From Paramoeba atlantica (Eukaryota; Protista; Discosea): a stretch of 64,000 nt of DNA. How positions within the stretch are numbered: position 1 is the first letter of the stretch; each line of letters opens with the position of its first letter. A program made the position numbers and the translations under genes. The notes under the pieces were generated by a model that made no database searches, was not told where the DNA came from, and saw only the letters and a list, made by a program, of their open reading frames with translations. Location: contig CDRNVI010000021.1 in assembly GCA_977017575.1 (NCBI GenBank), forward strand, positions 310,001 to 374,000, read 5' to 3'. Shown here piece after piece: positions 49,705-59,747 of the stretch.

Positions 49705-50109
49705 AGAACGCAACAATTCGGAAAGTAATTTTCTTCAGACCTTAATTCTTTTAGATTGAACGCAACAACGCTCCATAGGAGCACGTTGACACTGCTATAG
49801 GCGACTCGCGGTATGTTTTGATTAAGTAATGGACTTCGGATTGATCCGTAGACCAGGGCTCAGGACTTCCTCGATTCAATCATTCCCTGGGGACCTCGAT
49901 TCACTTAACACCTATGCATTAAGCTACATAGTCCCTAAGCACAGTGTCGCTAGACTTTCCTGGATTCTGCGCCTGTTATTTCTGCAATGAAACACTCCGA
50001 CCTTCCCGATGTTTTAGATGCATGATTCTTCCCGATGTAGAACTTTGTAGAAGTTCTCACGACATTATTTTTGAAGACTAAAAACGTACAGCATAGTACA
50101 TAATAATAA

Positions 50110-51153
50110 ATGACATACTCATATAGGCATAAAAGATTGTTTAATACCCCTCTGATTCATTTATACCCACTCGTAATGTTGACCCTTGAACAAGTTTTAG
50201 CGCGCTCAATGCAATCTCAACGTCGTACAGGAAGGGCAGTAATACAACCCTCACAAGTACTGCAAAATGCTGAATTAAATGCACCAATGGCAAACCTTCA
50301 GAATGCTCTGAATCAAAAGTCGAAGTCTACGATCGAATCTTCCGCGAAGTTACATTCTTCACTAGCTCCTCGTCCGGCAGGCATTAATCTGCATTTGCAA
50401 CATGCTGGTATACTGCAAAACAGTTATGACTTAACTTCGGCTTTGAAGTCCGCTCGTGCTCTGGGGGATTGGGTTACGGCACTTTCTCTGTTTCAATCTA
50501 CTCTTTCTTCATCTGCTCTATATCGAGCTACCGTAGATCATTTTCAAGAAGTGATCAGATGTTTATCTCAGGAAGAAAAATTAGACTACGCTTTGCAACT
50601 TCTAGTTGAGTATCCTGACCTTCGGTTCAAGACCAAGGAAGCTCCAGGTGTACCCAACTCGAAGAACCAAACTAGAAATCGTTTGTTTGCCGAACATGAT
50701 CGACCTTCTTTCAATACTCTTTTTTCCTCGAAGCAGCGCGCCACTGAAGCTCTTGACGAGGATCAAGGCAGAGATCTTTATCATCGTATAATGAAGGGAT
50801 ATCTTGAACAAGGCTTGTGGGAACGTGCGCTTAGTGTAGCTAAAGCAATGGAGGTCCGGGATTTATCCCCCAAAGAGCTTACATACAATTTAATGATTAC
50901 GGCTTTAGATAAAGGGGGTCACTGGCAACAGTGTCTGGATGTCTTTGAAAAAATAAAAAGCGATTTGACTCCAAATGCAGTCACGTATGCTGCTGTAATT
51001 AGTGCATTGGAAAATGTGCATCAATACGAAAGGGCGAAGGAACTTCTTTCGCAGGCTCCTAAAAAAGACCGGGACGCGATTCTGAGTTCCTATGCTGCCC
51101 TTATCCACGTGTGGTCTGCTCACCACAAGGGTCATAAATCGATTCGGGAGTAG
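50110..51153 (+). CDS. PPR protein
   Basis: LYHRIMKGYLEQGLWERALSV..M, TYNLMITALDKGGHWQQCLDVF, PNAVTYAAVISA. Alternative start at 50176. Confidence 0.85.
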   Translation: MTYSYRHKRLFNTPLIHLYPLVMLTLEQVLARSMQSQRRTGRAVIQPSQVLQNAELNAPMANLQNALNQKSKSTIESSAKLHSSLAPRPAGINLHLQHAGILQNSYDLTSALKSARALGDWVTALSLFQSTLSSSALYRATVDHFQEVIRCLSQEEKLDYALQLLVEYPDLRFKTKEAPGVPNSKNQTRNRLFAEHDRPSFNTLFSSKQRATEALDEDQGRDLYHRIMKGYLEQGLWERALSVAKAMEVRDLSPKELTYNLMITALDKGGHWQQCLDVFEKIKSDLTPNAVTYAAVISALENVHQYERAKELLSQAPKKDRDAILSSYAALIHVWSAHHKGHKSIRE

Positions 51154-51380
51154 TCATGCCATCAAGTTTTTTTCCTGTATCATGGATTCTGAAACATGAC
51201 TAACATTTGTGTTGCAAGAAATATTTCTTGCACTTTATCTGTATATACGCAGAATGTCAGGACATTATTGTCAATGAAAGTCCTCGGTATTGAGTACCGA
51301 ATGTTGTTCGGGAAAGAACCTTGCTATTCAACGAAGCAGCTAAAAATATTTACAACATTAGACCTCCAATTATTTGTAAC

Positions 51381-52232
51381 ATGAATATTCCCGGTATCAT
51401 TGAATGTCCCACTGGAACCCCACGATCGTGCAAATCTAGTGATCATTCGAAGCGACGCCGCGAGACAGATGCCTCTGCAACAGTAGCTGACGCAACGGAG
51501 CCAATATCTGTAACGAAATCGCACCGTATAATGGCACCTAGTGTAGTAAATTGTGGTGACTTGAATTCCATGGATATGAAGAACATTGGTAAGGAAGTAG
51601 TAAAAAAGTTTACTGGAGAACTGGACACCGCTTTGGCTGAATTTTTAGCCACTTTTCCGACGTATTTCGAGTACTGTACCAAGATGATCTCTACCGTACG
51701 TGAGTTGAATCCACGGCATGCATCAAAATCAGAAAAATCTCCAGCACGTGCTTCTGAGAATCTTGCTCAAGGATCCATGGAGAACCCGATATTTCCCGAC
51801 AATAGCCTTCTTCTGGTTCATCTCCGGCATCTACGTGGTGCCGCGCATGAACTGATCGTTGTGTTTGATTCTATTCAAGATTGGATATTGGTACATGTGC
51901 CCACTATTAAGGACGAAGACAATTCCGGAGTGGAGGTTCAAGAAACAGTTGTTGCACAGGTTGCAGGCTACTACAAGTTGATCAAGAATGTTTATACCGA
52001 GGAAACGGAGTATCTAAATCGCCGAGGGGAGCTCGAGACATCGATGATGAAGCAACCTAAAACGGTCTCTTGGCGAAAGTCTATTGAGGTTCAAGACGCC
52101 CAAGAGTGGGATGACATTGAGCATTGTTGGAGAGCCTTGGTTCGCGTCGTCATGTTGTGTCAAAATTTGTTAGTACGAAATATGGAAAAATTAAAGGAGC
52201 CTCGCTCGATGCATCGCACCATGCATATCTAA
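51381..52232 (+). CDS. 11S proteasome activator (PA26/PA28 family)
   Basis: IQDWILVHVPTIKDEDNSGVEVQE corresponds to the activation-loop region (PA28 IEDGNNFGV, PA26 KEEDNLGVAVQ). Confidence 0.8.
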   Translation: MNIPGIIECPTGTPRSCKSSDHSKRRRETDASATVADATEPISVTKSHRIMAPSVVNCGDLNSMDMKNIGKEVVKKFTGELDTALAEFLATFPTYFEYCTKMISTVRELNPRHASKSEKSPARASENLAQGSMENPIFPDNSLLLVHLRHLRGAAHELIVVFDSIQDWILVHVPTIKDEDNSGVEVQETVVAQVAGYYKLIKNVYTEETEYLNRRGELETSMMKQPKTVSWRKSIEVQDAQEWDDIEHCWRALVRVVMLCQNLLVRNMEKLKEPRSMHRTMHI

Positions 52233-52649
52233 CGATGCTGAAATAGGCGAGAAATATATCGAGTCGTGCATCATTCGCCAGATCAGTGAAATTAATTCGA
52301 TTTTTGCTTGAATAGGCATAGTGTGCGGATACAGTTCACCGTATATTGCGTATGATTACGTGCTTATACGTACGTGTATGTCATAAAAATTAACATACAG
52401 ATTAGGAGAGATATGTTAAGGGCGTTAATAAAAGAGCAGCTTTTGATTCCTTGTGCGATGTAAGCACAATACTAGTAAGCAACAGGATTATTCTACTACG
52501 TAAAACTAATTTTTGGTGTAATTTTTCCATTCGACTCATTCCTCTCCAACATGATGCAAGTTATCGTTGCTTAATCATTCAAACTGAAAACATATGAAGC
52601 TAACCCACAAATAGCTGACAAGAAATAGTTTGAAACATGTATTGGATCA

Positions 52650-53318
52650 ATGGAAGAGGTTGCATTATGTTTTTATCTAAAATGGGTAGAGCATATTATC
52701 TTTAATGAAATATCCCTTATTGTAAGCCACCCTTTCATGAAACTTAAATCTGTGGAAAACAGTGAAATTCGCAAAAAGATAGTTGCGGGACGAAAGCGAA
52801 TCAAAGAAGAATCGAAACACAAACGAATTGAAAAACCAAAAGAGCCCTTGGGAGCAGTAGATCGATTTTTGATTTGGGGCATACCGATTTTTGCCACGTT
52901 AGTGCTGTTATCGGAAAAAAAATGTGATTATATTGTTATGGGAGCAATATGGCTTATGGATATATTCGTAATTACTTTTTTGTACACATCAGGGACAATT
53001 GAGCGCCTCAGTTACGTATTTACGAATGTTGCTCTCATGATGTCTGGAGAGAATTTGCGCAATCTGCACTTGTTACCTCAACTTCTAACACCAGAACAGT
53101 GGGGCGTTGTTTTACCGGCCAATATGGGAGCCCTTTTCTGCATTTGGTTCCTGTGGATTCGTCGAACTTCTGATCCAGTGGATCAATCTCGCAAATGGGA
53201 TGTCACGTTATTAACAATGCTTAGTGCCAACGGAGCGGCCTATGCGTACAAGAACGGCATTACGCTCTACGAGATTGTTCATCGAGCTTCGATTTTGTTA
53301 AGATTAGTTGGAATTTGA
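52650..53318 (+). CDS. Hypothetical membrane protein
   Basis: Several hydrophobic helices. Alternative start at 52737. Confidence 0.55.
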   Translation: MEEVALCFYLKWVEHIIFNEISLIVSHPFMKLKSVENSEIRKKIVAGRKRIKEESKHKRIEKPKEPLGAVDRFLIWGIPIFATLVLLSEKKCDYIVMGAIWLMDIFVITFLYTSGTIERLSYVFTNVALMMSGENLRNLHLLPQLLTPEQWGVVLPANMGALFCIWFLWIRRTSDPVDQSRKWDVTLLTMLSANGAAYAYKNGITLYEIVHRASILLRLVGI

Positions 53319-53384
53319 CCCACTGGAAGTAAGGGAAGAAAGATTTATATAGCTAATACATCGGTTAAAAACATGTGACACATG

Positions 53385-53630
53385 CTGTACCCCCCACTTA
53401 TTTGTTACACCCACATTTGTAGCTCCACCCCCCTACTTATTTGTACTTTTTGACGAAGCCTGAGAGATTTTTGACGGAGCCGAATTTTTCTTTTGATGGA
53501 GGGGGGCAGGCTAGTTTTTCTTAGTGGGCTTGCATCTGGGCAAAACCCAAAGTGGGGAAGTGAGGTCCGGACCTCCTCGTGGTCTTCCCTGGCACTACCA
53601 TGTTACTGATGGTATTAACGCTGACCTAAG
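53385..53630 (+). mobile_element. Degenerate relative of the 23884 MITE
   Basis: C6-(T/A)CTTATTT motifs, GACGAAGCCT, and the same GEV..GPPRGL.WH coding-like fragment. No right TIR found. Confidence 0.5.
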
Positions 53631-53813
53631 AACATTCGCAACCAGATATTTTGAAGTATACAATGTACATGACATTGTTTACAACCTCTGCCTCTTTCTT
53701 CTTTATGGTGTGCGGGTGAGGTGAATCGAGGCGGGTGACAAATTTTCAAAAAAAGGTGTCTATGGTCGATGAAAGGCTTGCCGGCGATTTTCATTTTCGC
53801 CATGGGGTGTGAT

Positions 53814-53871
53814 TAACCTAGTCGTTAAGCCCAGTGATCTAAGGTGGTTGGGTTCGATTCCCACTAACGGT
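53814..53871 (+). other. tRNA-like A/B-box remnant (not a canonical tRNA)
   Basis: Perfect B box GGTTCGATTCC (53851-61) in a TGGG/CCCA T-stem; A-box-like TAACCTAGTCG; no acceptor stem. Confidence 0.35.
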
Positions 53872-54383
53872 ATTTTCGTACGGCTACATAGGGAGGAGCC
53901 GAGAATCGTGGGAGGTTCAAATATCATATCTGGACGATATCTGGACAGACAATTTTGTCAGTCCTTCTGTGAGGTATGACATAAGAGTATTTTCGGTGCG
54001 CTTTCCAAGCCGCCACGCAGTTGGAACCTGTATGAAACCCACATGTACATGTATGGTGAATTTATGAAACAGATATTATGTAACGCCTCTTCTTATTTTC
54101 ATGATGATTCCACTTAGACTATCTTGTTTGATTTTGAATTGAAACAATCTTTGCAGCATACCTGAATTTCTACTAATGGGCTAAACTTGCCTTTTGTTGA
54201 AGGAATGACCTTCTGCCACAGCAATTGAAATATAAGCTTCACATGAGGCATGATATTTTTTTGATGCACACTATACAGTAAAGATATGAGGGTTCATACT
54301 CATCCATAGGTTGTTTAATTTGCAATTTCTTACTTAAACTGTCGCCAGAAGCAATTCTCCGCTTTAGGAATTAGAACGTTTAC

Positions 54384-56600
54384 ATGCCTCCAAAGAAAAA
54401 GTCCAAAAAATCTGTTAGCAAGCCGAAAGATATCAGAACATGGTGCGGAGACTCCGACACGACAACGGAGCTCACGAAGGATGCGAGACGCAGCATATTG
54501 AAATCTAGGTCTCCTGCTCGATCTCCTTCCAAAGAACCTTTACAGGAGCGTGAAAACCATATTGAGCCATCTCACAGCACAGACGAAAGCACATCAGTCA
54601 AAAAGAATTACCGTACCTGTATGGCGTCTCGTAGTCTGCAGGCACGAATTCCAGGAAGTGGCCCTCCGATAAATGGTCATCCTGAGGCATTAACCGGTCT
54701 GACCTTCCTGATCACCGGCCAACTCGATACTCTGAGCCGTGATGCAGCGTCCGATTACATAAAGTCACACTCTGGACAAATGCGTACTGGTGTGACTGGT
54801 CGACTGTCGTACCTCGTTGTAGGGACTGAGCCGGGGGAAGCAAAGATTGCCACTGCGAAGCGACTTAAAACAAAGTGCATTTCAGAGTTTGAACTCTTCA
54901 AACTCGTCCAGAAGCTATCAGAGAATAAACCACAAAACGGAGTTGAATCTAGTACAGAAACTCCAAAGAATCGTTCTGTTCAATCACAAAGCAGCTCTCG
55001 TGGATCTCAGCCATTGAAAATAACAGAAGTACATGATTCAGAAGTCATCGAATGCAAGGATGATCCAATGTGGAGTGAAAAATATCGTCCTGGGAAATTG
55101 TCTGATTTGTGCTATCCAGTTGTAGCCAACAAACTAAAACATTGGGTAGAGAGTAGTGTCATAGGGTCTGAGGGATATTCTAAGAAAGCCGCATTACTAT
55201 CTGGTCCACCAGGGACAGGAAAAACTACGACTGTGCATGTTATCGCAAAGGAGTGCGATTTCGATTTAATAGAGCTAAATGCAAGCGACACTAGGAGCAG
55301 TTCCACGCTACATGAACAGCTTTCTGACGTTGTAGTAAATCAAGGTATAGGCAAGAAGAAAAAATTAATGATTCTTATTGATGAGGTGGACGGATGTGAT
55401 CGAGGCGGAGTTTCTGAACTGATAAAGCTAATAAAAAAGTCTAAAGTGCCCATTGTTTGCACTTGCAATGATAGGTGGCACCAAAAATTGCGAAGTTTTC
55501 TAAATCATGTCGAGGATTTTAGAGTCACACGAGCTCCTTCTAATGTAATGGCGAATTATATTTCTAAAATCCTTAGGAAGGAAAATGTTGAAATTCCGTA
55601 TGTCGCGCTTCAGGACATTATTTCGATGTCTGGAAACGATTACCGTTCCGTATTGAACAATGTCCAAATGTGGATACGTACACAACATGTGTTCGATTAT
55701 CAAAGCGCGAAAAAAATTGCTCGGTCAAGTCAGAAAGATGACGAATTGAGCCTTTTCACCACTGTGGAGTCATTCTTTGGATCGAACATGAGCAAAAAAC
55801 TTCAGGAATATAGATCGCTTTTCTATACCCAAGATTTGACACCACTTTTTGTACAGGAAAATTATTTACATTACGACCCAAGTGGGATTACTGCAGCAGC
55901 CAGCTACATTGCTCAGGGCGACGTCTTTCAGCGAAAAATATTATCCGAGCAGCGTTGGAGTCTTTCAAATGCTCATTTTTTGTACAGTACTATGCTTCCG
56001 ACCTTCGTTACACGCGGGCCGTACAACTCCTTTGCTCCCCCAGGGGTGGCACAGCATTACGATCGGGGACGTCCAGTTAAGTTCCCTTCCTGGCTGGGAC
56101 AGAACAGTGCTCAGACAAAAGCCTCGAACATGATACTTGGAATCATGTCTGAAGGTATCCTTCCACGAAGTTCCTCTGTTGTCGCTACGGAGTACCTTCC
56201 AGTCCTTCGCAGCGCGATAACGGCCCCGCTGGTGCATACCGACGACGATAACCGGAACGCTGCAATAGACAAAGTGTTGAAAACGATGCAATATTATGGT
56301 CTGAGCAGGGAAGATTGGGATTCAATAGTAGAACTTTCTGCTATAGGGAGCAGATGTCCGGCGCCAGATATTCCCAGTGTATTCAAGAGTGCTTTTACGA
56401 GGTCTTTTAACCAGGCCCATCCATTTCAATCTGCATCGAAGGCGTTATCCTACAGTCCTGTTGATGTTGATGAGGAGGATGAAACTCGAGGAAATGCAAA
56501 CGAGAAAGCAAGCAGTAAAAAGGTAAGCGCCAAAAGGTCATCATCTAAACCAGGTGCTGAAAAGCATTCGAAATCCCGTCGTAAAAAAGCTACAGAATGA
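54384..56600 (+). CDS. RFC1: Replication factor C large subunit
   Basis: BRCT (LTGLTFLITGQL...VTGRLSYLVVG.EPG..K), WSEKYRP, GPPGTGKT, ELNASD, DEVDG, CNDR. Confidence 0.95.
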   Translation: MPPKKKSKKSVSKPKDIRTWCGDSDTTTELTKDARRSILKSRSPARSPSKEPLQERENHIEPSHSTDESTSVKKNYRTCMASRSLQARIPGSGPPINGHPEALTGLTFLITGQLDTLSRDAASDYIKSHSGQMRTGVTGRLSYLVVGTEPGEAKIATAKRLKTKCISEFELFKLVQKLSENKPQNGVESSTETPKNRSVQSQSSSRGSQPLKITEVHDSEVIECKDDPMWSEKYRPGKLSDLCYPVVANKLKHWVESSVIGSEGYSKKAALLSGPPGTGKTTTVHVIAKECDFDLIELNASDTRSSSTLHEQLSDVVVNQGIGKKKKLMILIDEVDGCDRGGVSELIKLIKKSKVPIVCTCNDRWHQKLRSFLNHVEDFRVTRAPSNVMANYISKILRKENVEIPYVALQDIISMSGNDYRSVLNNVQMWIRTQHVFDYQSAKKIARSSQKDDELSLFTTVESFFGSNMSKKLQEYRSLFYTQDLTPLFVQENYLHYDPSGITAAASYIAQGDVFQRKILSEQRWSLSNAHFLYSTMLPTFVTRGPYNSFAPPGVAQHYDRGRPVKFPSWLGQNSAQTKASNMILGIMSEGILPRSSSVVATEYLPVLRSAITAPLVHTDDDNRNAAIDKVLKTMQYYGLSREDWDSIVELSAIGSRCPAPDIPSVFKSAFTRSFNQAHPFQSASKALSYSPVDVDEEDETRGNANEKASSKKVSAKRSSSKPGAEKHSKSRRKKATE

Positions 56601-57135
56601 GATTTTGAATCCCATTTGTTATTAAACCAATTAGGCACATGTCTGCGTGATCAAATTTTTTTGTTCCGTGTTTTGAGATATACAGTACTTCAGCATGTAC
56701 TACAGCACATGAGCGTTAGTTCTGGTCTTGGCCTTCCCTAAATTACCACTACATCCTTTCGAATCTAGATACCCAACGCCAGCGGCGGAAATGTAATTTC
56801 AGCGAATAGAATCGAAACCAGTATCAAAAAGCAAGGAAGTAATATCCAGTTCTTTAAGGTCCGTGGTTAGTCGAGATGCTGTTTTGAAATTACGTATGTC
56901 CAAGCGGGCGACTTTGAGTCCTTTCTCCAAGTGGCTCATATCGTAACTTTGTAGCATTTTTTGAATGGTACTTTTTTTGAACGGTACTTCGATGCATTTC
57001 TGGATGCATAAATCACTTTGCTGTGAGCATGTAAGCATCTTAAACTATTCATCTTAAACGAATCTTTCTGCTTTTATTTAGTTTTCTCTCTTTAGCTTTC
57101 TCTTCCTACTCGCCTGCTTTCGACTAATCTTATCA

Positions 57136-57768
57136 ATGAACCAGGGAAGGCGTCCACAATACGGGGGAGCACAAGGGCTAACTCACCCTAATGAATATGA
57201 CATACTCAGTAACCTGATGGTGAACTACATCCCATCACAAGTAGACGAAGCATATTTACGCCAAATGTTCGAGGCCTACGGTGTTGTTGACAGTGTGAAG
57301 ATTATTCAAGACAAGGAAACCAACTCGAGTAGAGGTTTTGGCTTCGTGAAGTATCGTCAGCCCCAGAGTGCTTCTCTTGCAATCAATAATCTCAATGGTT
57401 ATGCGATTTTGAATAAACGTCTGAAAGTGGCATACGCGAAACCGGATGAGGCGCAGCGTCTTCTGCAGCATATGCAACAGATGGATTCCGCCGCGCCCTC
57501 GTCCTCTACTATCGCACCTTCGCAACAGCAGCCCTTAGATGCCAACCAATTGTACTACCTGCAGCAAATACAAGCGCAACAGTTGTGGCTCCAACAGATG
57601 CAACAGGCCGTAGTGAACAACCAGCAGTCTTCTCCCGGTGTTGGACAACCTGCAATTAGCAGCTCCATGTTAAGTCCACAGCAACAACAGTTGCAACAGC
57701 AACATATGATGATGCTTCTGCAACAGCAACAGCAGTCGCAACCCCAGCAAAACCCAGCTCTGTCGTAA
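57136..57768 (+). CDS. UBP1: Kinetoplastid UBP1/UBP2-type single-RRM protein with Gln-rich tail
   Basis: NLMVNYIP, SRGFGFVKY, LNGYAILNKRLKVA as in trypanosome UBP1/2. Confidence 0.75.
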   Translation: MNQGRRPQYGGAQGLTHPNEYDILSNLMVNYIPSQVDEAYLRQMFEAYGVVDSVKIIQDKETNSSRGFGFVKYRQPQSASLAINNLNGYAILNKRLKVAYAKPDEAQRLLQHMQQMDSAAPSSSTIAPSQQQPLDANQLYYLQQIQAQQLWLQQMQQAVVNNQQSSPGVGQPAISSSMLSPQQQQLQQQHMMMLLQQQQQSQPQQNPALS

Positions 57769-58219
57769 CTCATAGGACTCGTTGGTAAAGAGCTCCTATT
57801 AAAATGTATTTATTTCCCAGGGTATAAATTACTTCATACAATCGTACAACAATCGAAACTCTTCATCTATTATCTCAACTACAAATGTATTTTCCACATA
57901 GGCACGTTTTCTTATTGATTAATTCTTATTATCAACACAGGCGTTACACGCGTTCTGGATCTATTTTTACTTTTAGTTTTTTAATATCTATCGCTTTCGA
58001 GAGGATTATTTTCACCGTAGTTTTGGTTTTCGATTTTAGTTTCACATTTTAATTGCATATTTCTTTTTTAATATTAGTAATATTATAATCACGTATCTTC
58101 GATTGAATAACCCAGCAGTATAACCTAACAGCACGGTTGGTTTAAAATTATAGTTCATACTGAACGTATTATCATACAATTTTTAAACGTATTGAGCATA
58201 AACTCTTCTCGCAAGTATC

Positions 58220-59566
58220 ATGAATGAAGCGGCGGTAGTAACAAAAAAGAAGCAGGTGCGACGGGATAGAGGTCAGCAACTACAAGTGCGTAGCTGGGAT
58301 GAGTTGGGTACCGCAGAACTTGAGGAAAAGCTGGGTGAAATGGAACGGCAACGACAAAGGGCGGCGGAGGCGGAAGCGGAGGCGGATGCGATCGCAGAAG
58401 AAAACTCCGCGCGTGTTGTGCGCTTCGGAACCAAGCTGAGTGACAAGCTCCCCGCTCTTAATGAAACAGAGGTGTTCGTAGGAAACCTTCCATATAGTGC
58501 CACCACTCGAACTGTCCGGGCCCTCTTCCCGGGCGCCAGGTACGTAAATTTACTCTACGACGACCAGGGAAAGATGAAGGGATTTGGCTACATTGATTTT
58601 CACACCGTCAAGGACGCGGAAAACGCCTTAAAACAGCACTTGAAGCTTCAGATGGGTCAGCGTACTCTTAAAGTCGAGCGTCGTGTAGCCAGCGACGATG
58701 ACCACGACGCACGAAAATCCTCCTCCGGAAAATCTCGCAAAGCCCCTCCGCTGGGACTCTACAGTCTGAAGCAAGGCGCCGTTTCGTTTGACTCCGGGGA
58801 GTTAACCCCTCAAGGGATGCTTTCCCGGGCCGGGGGAGACGACCGCATGCCTTCCACTGCGGGCCCCTTCTCTCGTACGCTCTTTGGCAGTCGTGAGCAA
58901 GTCGATCTCGCACCCCCTCGTGCGGAGATTCGTTTCGGTGCCTCCGTGCAGAGTGCCGTACCCCCGGCTCGTACCCCAGGCGCGATGTTATCCCGTGACA
59001 CGTTTGCCACAGCCGAGGGTCCCCCGACCGGACGCCTTCCTGCTGCCTTCTCCCGGGACGATTTTGGGAGCAAAGATGTGTCCCCGGAGGTGTCCCGCTC
59101 CGGGCGGGATTCCCCGCAGCCGATGCGGCTCGGGGGTACGGTGATTCGCCCACAGCCTCCACGACGACAAGGGAGTCAGGAGACCAAAGGGACACCCGGG
59201 GCCTCTGCAGGGTTCTCCCGTGAGGCGTTTGGTTCAATGCAGAGCTCCGGGGATCCGAGTGCGGCGCAGAATAAACGTGAAACCGCTGCAGACAGGTTGA
59301 ATGAAAGGAATTTTGAGAATAACAATACATCAAAGGAGAGTGAAAAACAGCATCGAGGAACCGTGGGAAAAATTATAACTAAGGTTCGTGATGTTTTTCG
59401 CAGTAATACATCCGAGAGAAAAAACTATTCAGAAGAATTAAATGAACCCAACCAGAAAAGCATGACAAACGTCGACGCGACATTCCACAAGGCGGTGACC
59501 AAACAGTTTGATACTGTTAGCTTGCACCCCCGTTCAAAGGAGAATCCGGATACGGAAGGCGTTTAG
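58220..59566 (+). CDS. RRM protein with repeated [FL]SRxxFG motifs (eIF4B/eIF4H-like, tentative)
   Basis: VFVGNLPY (RNP2), KGFGYIDF (RNP1); disordered tail. Confidence 0.7.
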   Translation: MNEAAVVTKKKQVRRDRGQQLQVRSWDELGTAELEEKLGEMERQRQRAAEAEAEADAIAEENSARVVRFGTKLSDKLPALNETEVFVGNLPYSATTRTVRALFPGARYVNLLYDDQGKMKGFGYIDFHTVKDAENALKQHLKLQMGQRTLKVERRVASDDDHDARKSSSGKSRKAPPLGLYSLKQGAVSFDSGELTPQGMLSRAGGDDRMPSTAGPFSRTLFGSREQVDLAPPRAEIRFGASVQSAVPPARTPGAMLSRDTFATAEGPPTGRLPAAFSRDDFGSKDVSPEVSRSGRDSPQPMRLGGTVIRPQPPRRQGSQETKGTPGASAGFSREAFGSMQSSGDPSAAQNKRETAADRLNERNFENNNTSKESEKQHRGTVGKIITKVRDVFRSNTSERKNYSEELNEPNQKSMTNVDATFHKAVTKQFDTVSLHPRSKENPDTEGV

Positions 59567-59747
59567 TACTTGAAATATCGACAGAAACCCGAGCAAAAAT
59601 TCTAGTTGTACGTCTCTTTTTAAACATGAAAATGAACTTATTCATAAGCGTATGAGTCAATATTAACCCCTGCGCAAGTATAAGAATGTATTTCAACTGT
59701 GTATGAAAAGGTTATAGGTTTCCGTTTTTAAGCATATCGTACATAGT

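Noticed and set aside
56650-56721. Minus-strand AACTAACGCT, matching the first 10 nt of the kinetoplastid spliced leader
   Set aside because: The following sequence lacks the conserved ACAGTTTCTGTACTATATTG and TTG|GT donor, the site is single-copy, and one 10-mer match in 128 kb of strand space is plausible by chance.
56799-57038. Minus-strand 79-aa ORF as a possible transposase remnant
   Set aside because: No DDE or other recognisable motif.
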